DNA of 32,000 nt from Breznakia sp. PF5-3 (GCF_029504745.1 NZ_JAQFIQ010000002.1:30001-62000), one strand, 5' to 3'; counted from the first letter of the stretch, positions 16,741 to 24,612 are shown. Numbers and translations: made by a program. The notes: generated by a model from the letters alone, not told the origin.

Positions 16741-17268
16741 ATGAATTCAGAAATCATTAGGATGCTTGCGTTGGCTGCAATTGTTGTATATGGAGTGTAT
16801 TTAGTATATGGGAGTATTCGCAAGTTTATTGTGTGTTCAAAAGCACGGAAACAACATTTATTGGAAAAAAGGAAAAACACAGAATTGATTCGTGATTATG
16901 CAATTTGGGTTTTAGCATATGGTATTGTTGTAGCAATTGCGATTTTTGGTATCGTATATGAAGTGAATCACAAACAAGATTTGCTTATGATTGCAGCCTA
17001 TGGATTTTTGATAATGTATATACTTTCTTTCTATATTGAGTTTATTACGAGAAGAATAATTGTTTTTGATGATGATGGTTTCTTTTATGAGGAAACGTAT
17101 TATCGTTATCGTAGTATCAATGGAGTTGATCCAGTCAAAGGTATTATTAAACGTTATGAAATTCGTTTGACAACGAGTGCGGATAAGTTGCAAATTCCCC
17201 ATAAGTTTGGAGAATTAGTAAAGGAACATTTTAATGCATATCGCAAGAAGAGGAAATCACGCAGATGA
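16741..17268 (+). CDS. Membrane protein, ~3 TM helices plus a ~70-aa cytoplasmic C-terminal domain (possibly bacterial PH-like); unknown function
   Basis: I moved the start to ATG 16741 (AGAGG 6 nt upstream); the track start 16717 is TTG and lies upstream of that SD. Hydrophobic segments are LALAAIVVYGVYLVYG, AIWVLAYGIVVAIAIFGIV and LLMIAAYGFLIMYILSFYI. The stop overlaps the next start (ATGA). Confidence 0.6.
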   Translation: MNSEIIRMLALAAIVVYGVYLVYGSIRKFIVCSKARKQHLLEKRKNTELIRDYAIWVLAYGIVVAIAIFGIVYEVNHKQDLLMIAAYGFLIMYILSFYIEFITRRIIVFDDDGFFYEETYYRYRSINGVDPVKGIIKRYEIRLTTSADKLQIPHKFGELVKEHFNAYRKKRKSRR

Positions 17269-18083
17269 TAAAGCTTTTTTTAAGTGATCTTGATGGTACG
17301 TTGATGGATGAAAAGATGCAGATGAAAGATACTGATATTGAAGCAATTCATCGTTTGCATGAAACAACTGTACGTTTTGGAATTGTAACCGGTAGAGATG
17401 TAGGGATCTATCATCACTACATCCATCCAGTATTAGAGTTTGATATGGATTATATTGGAAATAATGGTGGTAGTATTTTGGCTACTGGTAAGAAGATATA
17501 TGAAATGAATATGAATACAGAAGATGTTTATGAAATGATGAAATATGTTGGTGATTACTATTTAGAAGAAACCTACCCTTTCATTGCGGATGATCATTGT
17601 AATTTTTACTTTCATAAGAAAGTGCCAAAAGACAATTTTTGGTGTGATACGAAAAGCTTCATGGCACAGGTGGGTCATGTTAGTGAGATTGATATTTTAG
17701 AATATTTGAAAAATCCACAAGATAAAGTTATCAAAGCCTCTTTTTATACACGTGAAAAGGATCCTACTTTCATGAGTAAGATACTAAGAGAGCGTTATGG
17801 TGATAAGTTTGAAATTACGATGAGTGCAAATCATTTTGCAGAGATGACAACCAAAGGGATTCATAAAGGAACAGCTATTCAGAAACTATTGGAGCATCAT
17901 CGACTAAATGCTGATGAAGTAGCCGTAATTGGAGATGGAGAAAATGATATTCCAATGTTTAAAATGTTTCCTAAACATGCGTTTGTCATGGCAAGTGCAA
18001 AACCTGAAATCAAAGCTTATGGACGTGTTGTAGATAGCGTTTCACAAGCGATTAATATATTATTAGAAGAGGAGAAATCATGA
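17265..18083 (+). CDS. Cof-type HAD-IIB phosphatase (sugar-phosphate phosphatase family)
   Basis: Motif I is FLSDLDGTL and motif IV is IGDGENDIPMF, separated by a cap domain. The gene overlaps both neighbours by 4 nt (ATGA). Confidence 0.85.
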   Translation: MIKLFLSDLDGTLMDEKMQMKDTDIEAIHRLHETTVRFGIVTGRDVGIYHHYIHPVLEFDMDYIGNNGGSILATGKKIYEMNMNTEDVYEMMKYVGDYYLEETYPFIADDHCNFYFHKKVPKDNFWCDTKSFMAQVGHVSEIDILEYLKNPQDKVIKASFYTREKDPTFMSKILRERYGDKFEITMSANHFAEMTTKGIHKGTAIQKLLEHHRLNADEVAVIGDGENDIPMFKMFPKHAFVMASAKPEIKAYGRVVDSVSQAINILLEEEKS

Positions 18084-18871
18084 TTAAATTAGCAGTTTTT
18101 GATGTTGATGGTACCTTGATTCCAGAAGGGAAGCGAGAGCCTAGCAAGAGAATTATAGAAACGTTACATGCTTTACAGAAAAATGGGATAAAAATAGCAA
18201 TTGCAAGTGGTAGACCACCGTTTTTTATTCATGGTGACTTGAATACTTATGCAAAGTTTGACTACTATGTTTGTGTAAATGGAGCTTATGTAGCGGATAG
18301 TGAGTTTCATGAAGTATATCGTAATCCAATGGATTTAAAGGATGTTGAAAGTTTAATTAAAGATTTTATGGCATATGACGATGCGTTGATGTTTCAATTT
18401 GATGATGCAGCATATGGATATCATGGAAATAAACGCATTACTAGTATGATAAGTAAATGGATTGGACGCTTGGATGTATTGGTTGATGAACGTAATACCA
18501 AAAGTCGTCATTTGAAGAGTTTACCGTTTGGTGGGGTTTGTCAAATTAATCCTAATCATATAGAAGAGTATCGTAAAAAATATCCTCACCTAGCCTTTGA
18601 TTCTTTTAGTGAAGAACATTACGATATTCATGCGAAAGACTATAGCAAAGCAGACGGTGTGAAAAAAATCTGTGAAGAACTTGGTTTAAGCGCAGATGAA
18701 GTTATTGCTTTTGGGGATAATTATAATGATTTGCAGATGTTGGAATTTGTTGGTACAGGGGTTGCGATGGGGAACGCTAAACCAGAAGTAAAAACAAATA
18801 GCGATTATGTAACAGAAACATCAGAAGATGATGGTGTATATCATGCATGTAAACATTTCGATTTAATTTGA
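18080..18871 (+). CDS. Cof-type HAD-IIB phosphatase (second copy)
   Basis: Motif I is AVFDVDGTL, with SGRPP, and motif IV is FGDNYNDLQM. Confidence 0.85.
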   Translation: MIKLAVFDVDGTLIPEGKREPSKRIIETLHALQKNGIKIAIASGRPPFFIHGDLNTYAKFDYYVCVNGAYVADSEFHEVYRNPMDLKDVESLIKDFMAYDDALMFQFDDAAYGYHGNKRITSMISKWIGRLDVLVDERNTKSRHLKSLPFGGVCQINPNHIEEYRKKYPHLAFDSFSEEHYDIHAKDYSKADGVKKICEELGLSADEVIAFGDNYNDLQMLEFVGTGVAMGNAKPEVKTNSDYVTETSEDDGVYHACKHFDLI

Positions 18872-18885
18872 GAGGAGTAAAAAAG

Positions 18886-19620
18886 ATGAGTAAATTAGTA
18901 GATCAAACCTTTGATATTGGCTTAGGGGTAGTGAATGAAATTCACAATACACAAGCAGAGCAATTAGAGGCAGCAGGAAAGATGATTGCAGAAGCACATC
19001 ATAATGGAAATACTTTTTATGTAACTGGTAGTGGACATTCACATAGTGTTGCAGAAGAATTTTATGGACGTGCTGGAGGATTGGCTTTTGTTGTTCCAAT
19101 TATGACAACAGAATTAACTTTAAATGAACATCCAACTAAGAGTACATATATTGAAAATCTTAGTGGGTATGCTCATATCTTAGTGGAGTTATATAAAATT
19201 GGAAAAGGTGATGTAGTGTTAATTGCATCAAATTCGGGTCGTAATGCATATCCAGTTGAATTAGCAGTAGAAGCAAAACAATTAGGAGCGAAAGTAATTG
19301 CGATTACAAATACGAAACATTCGTTGAATAGTAAGCCAAGAAATATACATGATAAAAGATTAATGGAAGTAGCAGATATTGTTATTGATAATTGTGGTGA
19401 AATTGGTGATTCAGCAACTTATTTTGATGGAATTAATCTTCCTATGTATCCTACTTCTTCTATTGCAAACGCATTTATTTGTGGCGCCATTAGCGTTATT
19501 TGTGCAAATGCTTTGGCAACTTATGGAGATGAAGTAGAAGTGTTTGTAAGTGCCAATGTAGATGGTGGATTTGAAAAAAATAGTGCATTTATGGAAAAAT
19601 ACGGTAGAATGTATAAATAA
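18886..19620 (+). CDS. SIS-domain protein (UPF0309-like sugar-phosphate isomerase/binding family)
   Basis: I moved the start to ATG 18886 (GAGGAG 8 nt upstream). SIS-type motifs are FYVTGSGHSHSVAEE and VVLIASNSGRNAYPVE. Confidence 0.7.
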   Translation: MSKLVDQTFDIGLGVVNEIHNTQAEQLEAAGKMIAEAHHNGNTFYVTGSGHSHSVAEEFYGRAGGLAFVVPIMTTELTLNEHPTKSTYIENLSGYAHILVELYKIGKGDVVLIASNSGRNAYPVELAVEAKQLGAKVIAITNTKHSLNSKPRNIHDKRLMEVADIVIDNCGEIGDSATYFDGINLPMYPTSSIANAFICGAISVICANALATYGDEVEVFVSANVDGGFEKNSAFMEKYGRMYK

Positions 19621-19635
19621 GAAGAGGTGCTTAAT

Positions 19636-19962
19636 ATGGCAAATAAGAACAGTAATCGTAAAACAGCAGCAAAGATGGTCATGGATGTGTTAAAAAGACA
19701 CGATGCTTTAGATCCAGAATCAGCAATCACTATAGACTATTTTAAAAATTTAAAATTAACAACAGCTGTAATTGGATATACAATTGGAAATTTAATAAAT
19801 GATGGGGTTGTCAACAAGACTGGTGATGATCGTTATTATTTTAATGAAGCAGGATGGAAAAAGCTAGAAAAAAAAGTAAATCGTGGGTATTTAATTTTAA
19901 TAGCTGTGCCCGTTGTATTCATTATAGTGATGTTAGGTTTACGTTATTTTTTCAATCTTTAG
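19636..19962 (+). CDS. Small C-terminally membrane-anchored protein with a possible winged-helix-like N-domain
   Basis: I moved the start to ATG 19636 (GAAGAGG 8 nt upstream). The C-terminal TM helix is YLILIAVPVVFIIVMLGL. The N-terminal ~85 aa are soluble (IGYTIGNLINDGVVNKTGDDRYYFNEAGWKKL). Confidence 0.55.
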   Translation: MANKNSNRKTAAKMVMDVLKRHDALDPESAITIDYFKNLKLTTAVIGYTIGNLINDGVVNKTGDDRYYFNEAGWKKLEKKVNRGYLILIAVPVVFIIVMLGLRYFFNL

Positions 19963-19970
19963 TAAAAATA

Positions 19971-19994
19971 AATATAATGTTATAACATTATATT
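19971..19994. promoter_or_regulatory. 24-nt perfect palindrome; operator candidate, copy 1
   Basis: AATATAATGTTATAACATTATATT is its own reverse complement. It overlaps the -35 of the manA-2 promoter. Its 17-nt core TATAATGTTATAACATT (19973-19989) recurs exactly at 28953-28969. Confidence 0.7.
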
Positions 19995-20020
19995 GACTTT
20001 GGTAGGTTTTTCAGTATAAT
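19993..20020 (+). promoter_or_regulatory. Candidate sigma-A promoter of PMI paralogue 2
   Basis: TTGACT (19993-19998), a 16-nt spacer, then TATAAT (20015-20020). SD GAGGT lies 6 nt before ATG 20043. Confidence 0.55.
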
Positions 20021-20042
20021 AAAATTAAAGTGAGGTAGTTCT

Positions 20043-20984
20043 ATGTATCCTTTAAAATTAAAACCTATTTATGATGAAACGATTTGGGCTGGTGATAAAC
20101 TTACCAAAATTCGTGGTGTTGATGCTACAACTTATGGAACAAGTTGGGAAGTGAGTGCTCATCCATATTGTCAAAATGAAATTTTAAATGGAGAGTATAA
20201 AGGAAAAACATTACAAGACCTACTAGTGGATTATCCAAAAGCGATGCTTGGTAATGTATCCAAAGAAAAAATCTTAAGATGTGCATTTTTAGATGCTCAA
20301 GGAGATTTATCAATTCAAGTACACCCTTATACAGAGTATGCTAAAAAGCATGATAACGATTATGGTAAAACAGAGAGTTGGTATGTTTTAGATGCACAAC
20401 CTGGTGCAACATTGGTTGCAGGTACAAAAACAACGGATGTAGACGTAATTAAGAAAGCGATCAATGATGAAAATTTAGAAGAGTATTTAGTGTATCATGA
20501 TATTAAAGCTGGTGATTTTATTCATATCAATGCTGGTATGTTACATGCACTTGGTGGTGGAATTTTAGCGATTGAAGTTGGGACGAATTCAAATACAACA
20601 TATCGTTTTTATGATTATGGTCGTAAAGATGCTTCTGGTAATGGAAGAGAATTGCATTTAGATAAAAGTTTTGATGTTGTAGATTTAAAACTTCAATCAT
20701 CAGTTATTCATACACCACTTGAAAATAATGAAACTACTAAAACGAAAACGCTTATTGATTGTGATGATTATATAGTTGAAGTAATTGATGTTGTTGGAGA
20801 GATAGATTTACAAACTAATGGTAGCTTCAACACACTTACTTTTGTACATGGTGGTGGAGAAATTGAATATAATAAGCAAAGTATAAAGAATGATTATACA
20901 GATAGTTTATTTATTCCAGCAGCTTGTGATACTTATAAAGTGAAAGGAAATTGTAGAGTTTTAAGGAGCTACGTAAAAGATTGA
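20043..20984 (+). CDS. manA: Class I mannose-6-phosphate isomerase (paralogue 2)
   Basis: 313 aa with IWAGDKL, LSIQVHP, KTESWYVLDA, GMLHALG and YRFYDYGR, covering the PMI zinc-ligand contexts. Confidence 0.88.
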   Translation: MYPLKLKPIYDETIWAGDKLTKIRGVDATTYGTSWEVSAHPYCQNEILNGEYKGKTLQDLLVDYPKAMLGNVSKEKILRCAFLDAQGDLSIQVHPYTEYAKKHDNDYGKTESWYVLDAQPGATLVAGTKTTDVDVIKKAINDENLEEYLVYHDIKAGDFIHINAGMLHALGGGILAIEVGTNSNTTYRFYDYGRKDASGNGRELHLDKSFDVVDLKLQSSVIHTPLENNETTKTKTLIDCDDYIVEVIDVVGEIDLQTNGSFNTLTFVHGGGEIEYNKQSIKNDYTDSLFIPAACDTYKVKGNCRVLRSYVKD

Positions 20985-21011
20985 TATAGGGCTTTATAAA
21001 GCCTTATATTT
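20985..21011 (+). terminator. Candidate terminator hairpin after manA-2
   Basis: TATAGGGCTT (20985-20994) pairs with AAGCCTTATA (20999-21008): 10 bp including one G-U. The loop is TATA, followed by TTT. The T-run is weak. Confidence 0.45.
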
Positions 21012-21021
21012 ACAGTCGCAA

Positions 21022-21035
21022 TGTAAGCGATTACA
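21022..21035. promoter_or_regulatory. cre (CcpA catabolite-responsive element) candidate
   Basis: TGTAAGCGATTACA fits the cre consensus TGWAANCGNTNWCA at every defined position and is palindromic. Confidence 0.65.
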
Positions 21036-21056
21036 TTATGTACGATTTCACCCATG

Positions 21057-21085
21057 ACAAATGTAATTTTTTTGGTTACATTTGT
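21057..21085. repeat. 10-bp perfect inverted repeat in the PTS upstream region
   Basis: ACAAATGTAA (21057-21066), TTTTTTTGG, TTACATTTGT (21076-21085). A T7 run lies 6 nt downstream (21092-21098). The element shares ATGTAA/TTACAT half-sites with the cre at 21022. Confidence 0.6.
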
Positions 21086-21340
21086 AACAAGTTTTTTTGA
21101 GTGAAATATGCTATTGTTTTTATAGGATATTGAAATAATCCTTTATTAATGGGGTTATTATGCAATTTATAAGAATATTTTCATGTCTTAATTATGTGAT
21201 GATTGTGTGATAAATACGAATAATTGTCGTAAACCGGTTGAAAAAAATGTGTAAATATAGTAGGCTTAAGTTAATAATCGAGACCACAAATAGATGGTAC
21301 AAAAAAGAACAAATATAATGAAGAAAGATGAGGCTATTTA

Positions 21341-21769
21341 GTGATGAAATATGTAGTAATGGTAAGCCATGGTGAGTTTGCACCAGGGTTGCATACGGCA
21401 GTGAACATGATGACAGGTGAGAGAGAAGATGTATTGAGTACAAGCCTGAAAGATGGTATGGGTACGCCAGAGTTTATTGAAAATTTTAAAGCTTTGATAG
21501 AACCAATCAAAGCAGAAGATGAAATTATTTTACTTGCAGATATTTTGAGCGGATCTCCATTTACTAGTGCTTTAGGAGTACTTGATGAAAAAGGAATGAT
21601 GGAGAAAACAACTGTATTTGCAGGAATGAATATGCCACTTGCAGTTTCAGCAGTTTTGATGAAAGACAACATGGATGGCGATATTCTTAAAGAAAGTTTA
21701 TTATCTGAAGGTAAAACAGGATTGTGTATTTTTGAAGCTCCTGTTGAAGATTCAGATGATGATATTTAA
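21341..21769 (+). CDS. PTS mannose/fructose/sorbose-family EIIA component
   Basis: KYVVMVSHGEFAPG gives the phospho-His context of EIIA-Man. The C-terminus is acidic. The start is GTG 21341 (GAGG 7 nt upstream) or ATG 21344. Confidence 0.85.
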   Translation: MMKYVVMVSHGEFAPGLHTAVNMMTGEREDVLSTSLKDGMGTPEFIENFKALIEPIKAEDEIILLADILSGSPFTSALGVLDEKGMMEKTTVFAGMNMPLAVSAVLMKDNMDGDILKESLLSEGKTGLCIFEAPVEDSDDDI

Positions 21770-21792
21770 TTATCAATAGGAGGACTTTAAAG

Positions 21793-22284
21793 ATGATTAG
21801 TTTTGTGAGAGTAGATGACCGTATCATCCACGGTCAAATCGTAACCCGTTGGTCAAAGGAATTTCCTTGTGATGGAATTGTTGCAGTGAATGATAAAGCT
21901 GCTAGTACACCAATTTTAAAACAATCGTTCCAAGCATCAACAGATAAAAAAGTATTTATTTGGACATATGAAGAATGGAAGCAAAAAAATCAAAAAGTGT
22001 TGGATAGTGATAAGAAATATTTCTTAATCACGAAAAATCCAGTAGATATGGCAAGAATCTTAGTAGATGATGGATTCAAACCAAGTGATGTGAAAAGAGT
22101 GGTAATTGGACCATGTAACGATCGCCCAGGAGCGGTTAAGTTGGGACAAAACCAATCGATTACAAAAGAAGAAGCAGAAGCATGTGAAAAGATGACAAAT
22201 GCAGGGTATGATGTATACTTCGCATTGTTAGAAGAAACGGCAATTGGATCTTGGCCAAAATTTAGATCTAAATTCGGATACTAA
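21793..22284 (+). CDS. PTS mannose-family EIIB component
   Basis: MISFVRVDDRIIHGQIVTRW is the canonical EIIB-Man/Sor N-terminus with the phospho-His. SD AGGAGG lies upstream. Confidence 0.9.
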   Translation: MISFVRVDDRIIHGQIVTRWSKEFPCDGIVAVNDKAASTPILKQSFQASTDKKVFIWTYEEWKQKNQKVLDSDKKYFLITKNPVDMARILVDDGFKPSDVKRVVIGPCNDRPGAVKLGQNQSITKEEAEACEKMTNAGYDVYFALLEETAIGSWPKFRSKFGY

Positions 22285-22309
22285 AAAGTATCAAACCAAC
22301 ATTGGTCTA

Positions 22310-22348
22310 TATTTGAACTGCTGGTATTTGGGAAATCAGGTTCAAATA
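22310..22348 (+). promoter_or_regulatory. Intra-operon hairpin between the EIIB and EIIC genes
   Basis: TATTTGAAC (22310-22318) pairs with GTTCAAATA (22340-22348), an exact 9 bp. Further pairing is possible inside the 21-nt loop (CTG..ATTT with AAAT..CAG). No T-run follows. Confidence 0.35.
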
Positions 22349-22391
22349 AGGATATATTAAATTTAAAAATTTAAGAAAAGGAGATGAGTTT

Positions 22392-23222
22392 ATGATTAGT
22401 TGGGTACAAGCTGGTCTATTAGCATTAATGGGTGTGCTAGCTGCTTCTACTATTGCAGCATTAGGTACATCAATTGGTAACTATACATTGAATAGACCAT
22501 TAATTGCATCACTGTTCGTAGGATTAATCTTAGGAGACGTTGAAGGATGTATTCAAATTGCAGTTCCAATGCAAATTATCTACATCGCACTTGTTACACC
22601 TGGTGGAACAGTTGCAGCGGACTTACGTGCCGTATCGTATATTGGTATCCCGTTAGCCTGGGCAATGGCTAAGTCTCAAGGATGGGACATGGGAGGATCA
22701 GAGGCATCAGCATTTGCGGGAGCAATTGGGGCTGCCGTAGGTACTGTCGGTACAGTTCAATTCTATGGAACAGCGATGATGAATCTTATTTGGCAACACA
22801 TTGGATGGGCTAGATTGGATAAAGGAGATTTCAAAATTTTAGGTAAAGTAGAAGTTGTGTTACCTTTGATTTCTCACTTCGTTATTTCATTCTTACCAGT
22901 TATGTTTATCGTATATTATGGAGCAGATGCAATTGCAGATTTCAAGGAAGCATTGCCAATGGATAGTTGGTATATGAAATCACTATTTACAGTGGGATCA
23001 TTATTACCAGCGGTGGGAATTGCAATCCTATTGAAATCAGTAGTAACAAAAACTTCAGATTTAGTATACTTTGCAGCAGGATTTGCACTTGCTAAGTCAA
23101 TGGGATTAACACTATTGGCAGCAACAGCTGTTGGTGGAGTGTTCGCACTTATCAACTACCAAATTACAATGGTAAAAGCAAAGGCTGGTACTGTAGCAGT
23201 CGATGACGAGGAGGACATTTAA
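22392..23222 (+). CDS. PTS mannose-family EIIC component
   Basis: 276 aa, polytopic and hydrophobic. Position in the A-B-C-D gene order and size fit EIIC-Man. SD AAGGAG lies upstream. Confidence 0.85.
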   Translation: MISWVQAGLLALMGVLAASTIAALGTSIGNYTLNRPLIASLFVGLILGDVEGCIQIAVPMQIIYIALVTPGGTVAADLRAVSYIGIPLAWAMAKSQGWDMGGSEASAFAGAIGAAVGTVGTVQFYGTAMMNLIWQHIGWARLDKGDFKILGKVEVVLPLISHFVISFLPVMFIVYYGADAIADFKEALPMDSWYMKSLFTVGSLLPAVGIAILLKSVVTKTSDLVYFAAGFALAKSMGLTLLAATAVGGVFALINYQITMVKAKAGTVAVDDEEDI

Positions 23223-23224
23223 TT

Positions 23225-24055
23225 ATGAAAAAGATAAGTAAAAAATCATTAAATAGTTCTTTCTGGCGCTGGTATTATGGAAACTTAACATGTTTCTCAC
23301 ATGAGCATATGCAAACATTTGGATACATGTGGTCAATGTTACCAATCATCCAAGAATTATATGAAACAAAAGAAGAACAACAACAAAAATTACAAACTTA
23401 CTACCCATTCTTTAATACAGAACCTCAAATTGGGGCAATCGTAGTAGGGATTACAGCAGGGTTAGAAGAAGCGAGAGCAAACGGAGCAGAAGAAATTGAT
23501 GACGAAATGATCAATGGTATTCGTGCCGGACTAATGGGACCATTAGCAGGGATTGGGGATTCACTGATCGTAGGAACATACATTCCAGTATTGTTAGGGA
23601 TCGCATTAGGATTTGCAGAAGGTGGTTCAGTATTAGGACCATTATTCTATATCGTAGTATGGAACGTAACAATCTTATGGTTCATGAGATTTATCTACTT
23701 CAAAGGATATGAATTAGGTGGATCAGCAGTAGAAGTAATCGTAGGAGAACAAGCGACAGCATTCCGTGAGTCAGTAATTGTACTAGGACAAGTAATTGTA
23801 GGGGCAATGGCTGCATCATGGGTAAACATTACAACAGCAATCGAATTGACAAAAGATGGAGACGGAAACCCAATCTTATTGCAAGATAAGTTAGATGGAG
23901 CATTCCCAGGAATCTTAACTATGTTATTCGTATTAGGAGCATGGTGGCTAATGGCGAAGAAAGCAGTTAGTCCAATTAAAGTAATGTTGCTAATGGTAAT
24001 CTTGGCATTTATTGGAGTATTCTTTGGATTCTTCGATCCAAAATTAAGTTATTAA
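23225..24055 (+). CDS. PTS mannose-family EIID component
   Basis: The N-terminus LNSSFWRWYYGNLTCFSHEHMQTFGYMWSMLPII matches the conserved EIID opening (FWRS...N.ERMQ..G...S..P). The gene starts 2 nt after EIIC. Confidence 0.88.
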   Translation: MKKISKKSLNSSFWRWYYGNLTCFSHEHMQTFGYMWSMLPIIQELYETKEEQQQKLQTYYPFFNTEPQIGAIVVGITAGLEEARANGAEEIDDEMINGIRAGLMGPLAGIGDSLIVGTYIPVLLGIALGFAEGGSVLGPLFYIVVWNVTILWFMRFIYFKGYELGGSAVEVIVGEQATAFRESVIVLGQVIVGAMAASWVNITTAIELTKDGDGNPILLQDKLDGAFPGILTMLFVLGAWWLMAKKAVSPIKVMLLMVILAFIGVFFGFFDPKLSY

Positions 24056-24069
24056 TAAAAACTGAATGT

Positions 24070-24106
24070 ATCATCCCTATCTCCCAAATGGGGATGATTT
24101 TTATTT
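24070..24106 (+). terminator. Terminator-like hairpin after the EIID gene
   Basis: ATCATCCC (24070-24077) pairs with GGGATGAT (24091-24098). The loop is 13 nt, followed by TTTTATTT. Confidence 0.55.
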
Positions 24107-24124
24107 CATCAAGGAGGTTATTTT

Positions 24125-24433
24125 ATGAATAAGAAAGAACGAGAAATATTAAGGAATGAAATCCAAATGAAAAATGTTATGACGAAAAAAATTGGCGGAT
24201 GGTCAAGAAAAAGTTTTGGTCTATGCATTATTATGGCGATGCTTACATATTGGGGTTTTAGCGGTATGGAGGATAGTTTTCTATCAGTCCCTGATATAGT
24301 TCGTGATATTGTGAAATGGATTGCTTTAATTCTAGCGATTGTATCGGGTATTTTCGCAATTCTAAGTTTTATGAGTTTTCGAAATTCGAAAAAACATGTC
24401 CTTGGTTTAATTGATAAATTAAATAGTAAATGA
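24125..24433 (+). CDS. Small (102 aa) two-TM membrane protein; unknown function
   Basis: A strong SD AAGGAGG lies 7 nt upstream. Hydrophobic segments are FGLCIIMAMLTYWGF and WIALILAIVSGIFAILSFM, with basic termini. Confidence 0.6.
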   Translation: MNKKEREILRNEIQMKNVMTKKIGGWSRKSFGLCIIMAMLTYWGFSGMEDSFLSVPDIVRDIVKWIALILAIVSGIFAILSFMSFRNSKKHVLGLIDKLNSK

Positions 24434-24452
24434 GCGTGAGCTCTTTTTTTTT
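24432..24452 (+). terminator. Weak terminator candidate
   Basis: GAGC, loop GTGA, GCTC give only a 4-bp stem, followed by a T9 run (24444-24452). Confidence 0.35.
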
Positions 24453-24583
24453 ATCTTATAAAAATATTTAATATATTTTGGTGAAATCAATTTCTTATAA
24501 AGTTGGGATATATCTATAATAAATTGGATATCATAGTTTATTTCTTGTAAAAAGTAATAAATATTGGGAAAAATAATTATGTG

Positions 24584-24612
24584 TAGACAATTATTTTGGA
24601 TTTTTGTATATT
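24584..24612 (+). promoter_or_regulatory. Candidate sigma-A promoter of the transaldolase gene
   Basis: TAGACA (24584-24589), a 17-nt spacer, then TATATT (24607-24612). SD GGAGG lies 6 nt before ATG 24641. Confidence 0.5.

Noticed and set aside
21100-21340. Sigma-54 promoter or PRD-antiterminator RAT element upstream of the PTS genes
   Set aside because: TGGTAC-AAAAA-AGAACA (about 21295) lacks the TTGC element. GATTGTGTGATAAATACGAATAATTGTCGTAAACC only superficially resembles the RAT consensus (GGATTGTTACTG...CAGGCAAAACC) and does not form the RAT hairpin. No LevR/ManR or LicT-type gene is present.
21192-21672. Minus-strand ORFs 21192..21443 and 21334..21672 across the PTS leader and EIIA gene
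   Set aside because: They overlap the well-supported EIIA CDS or AT-rich leader, have repetitive L/S/H-rich translations, and lack an SD and any recognisable domain.
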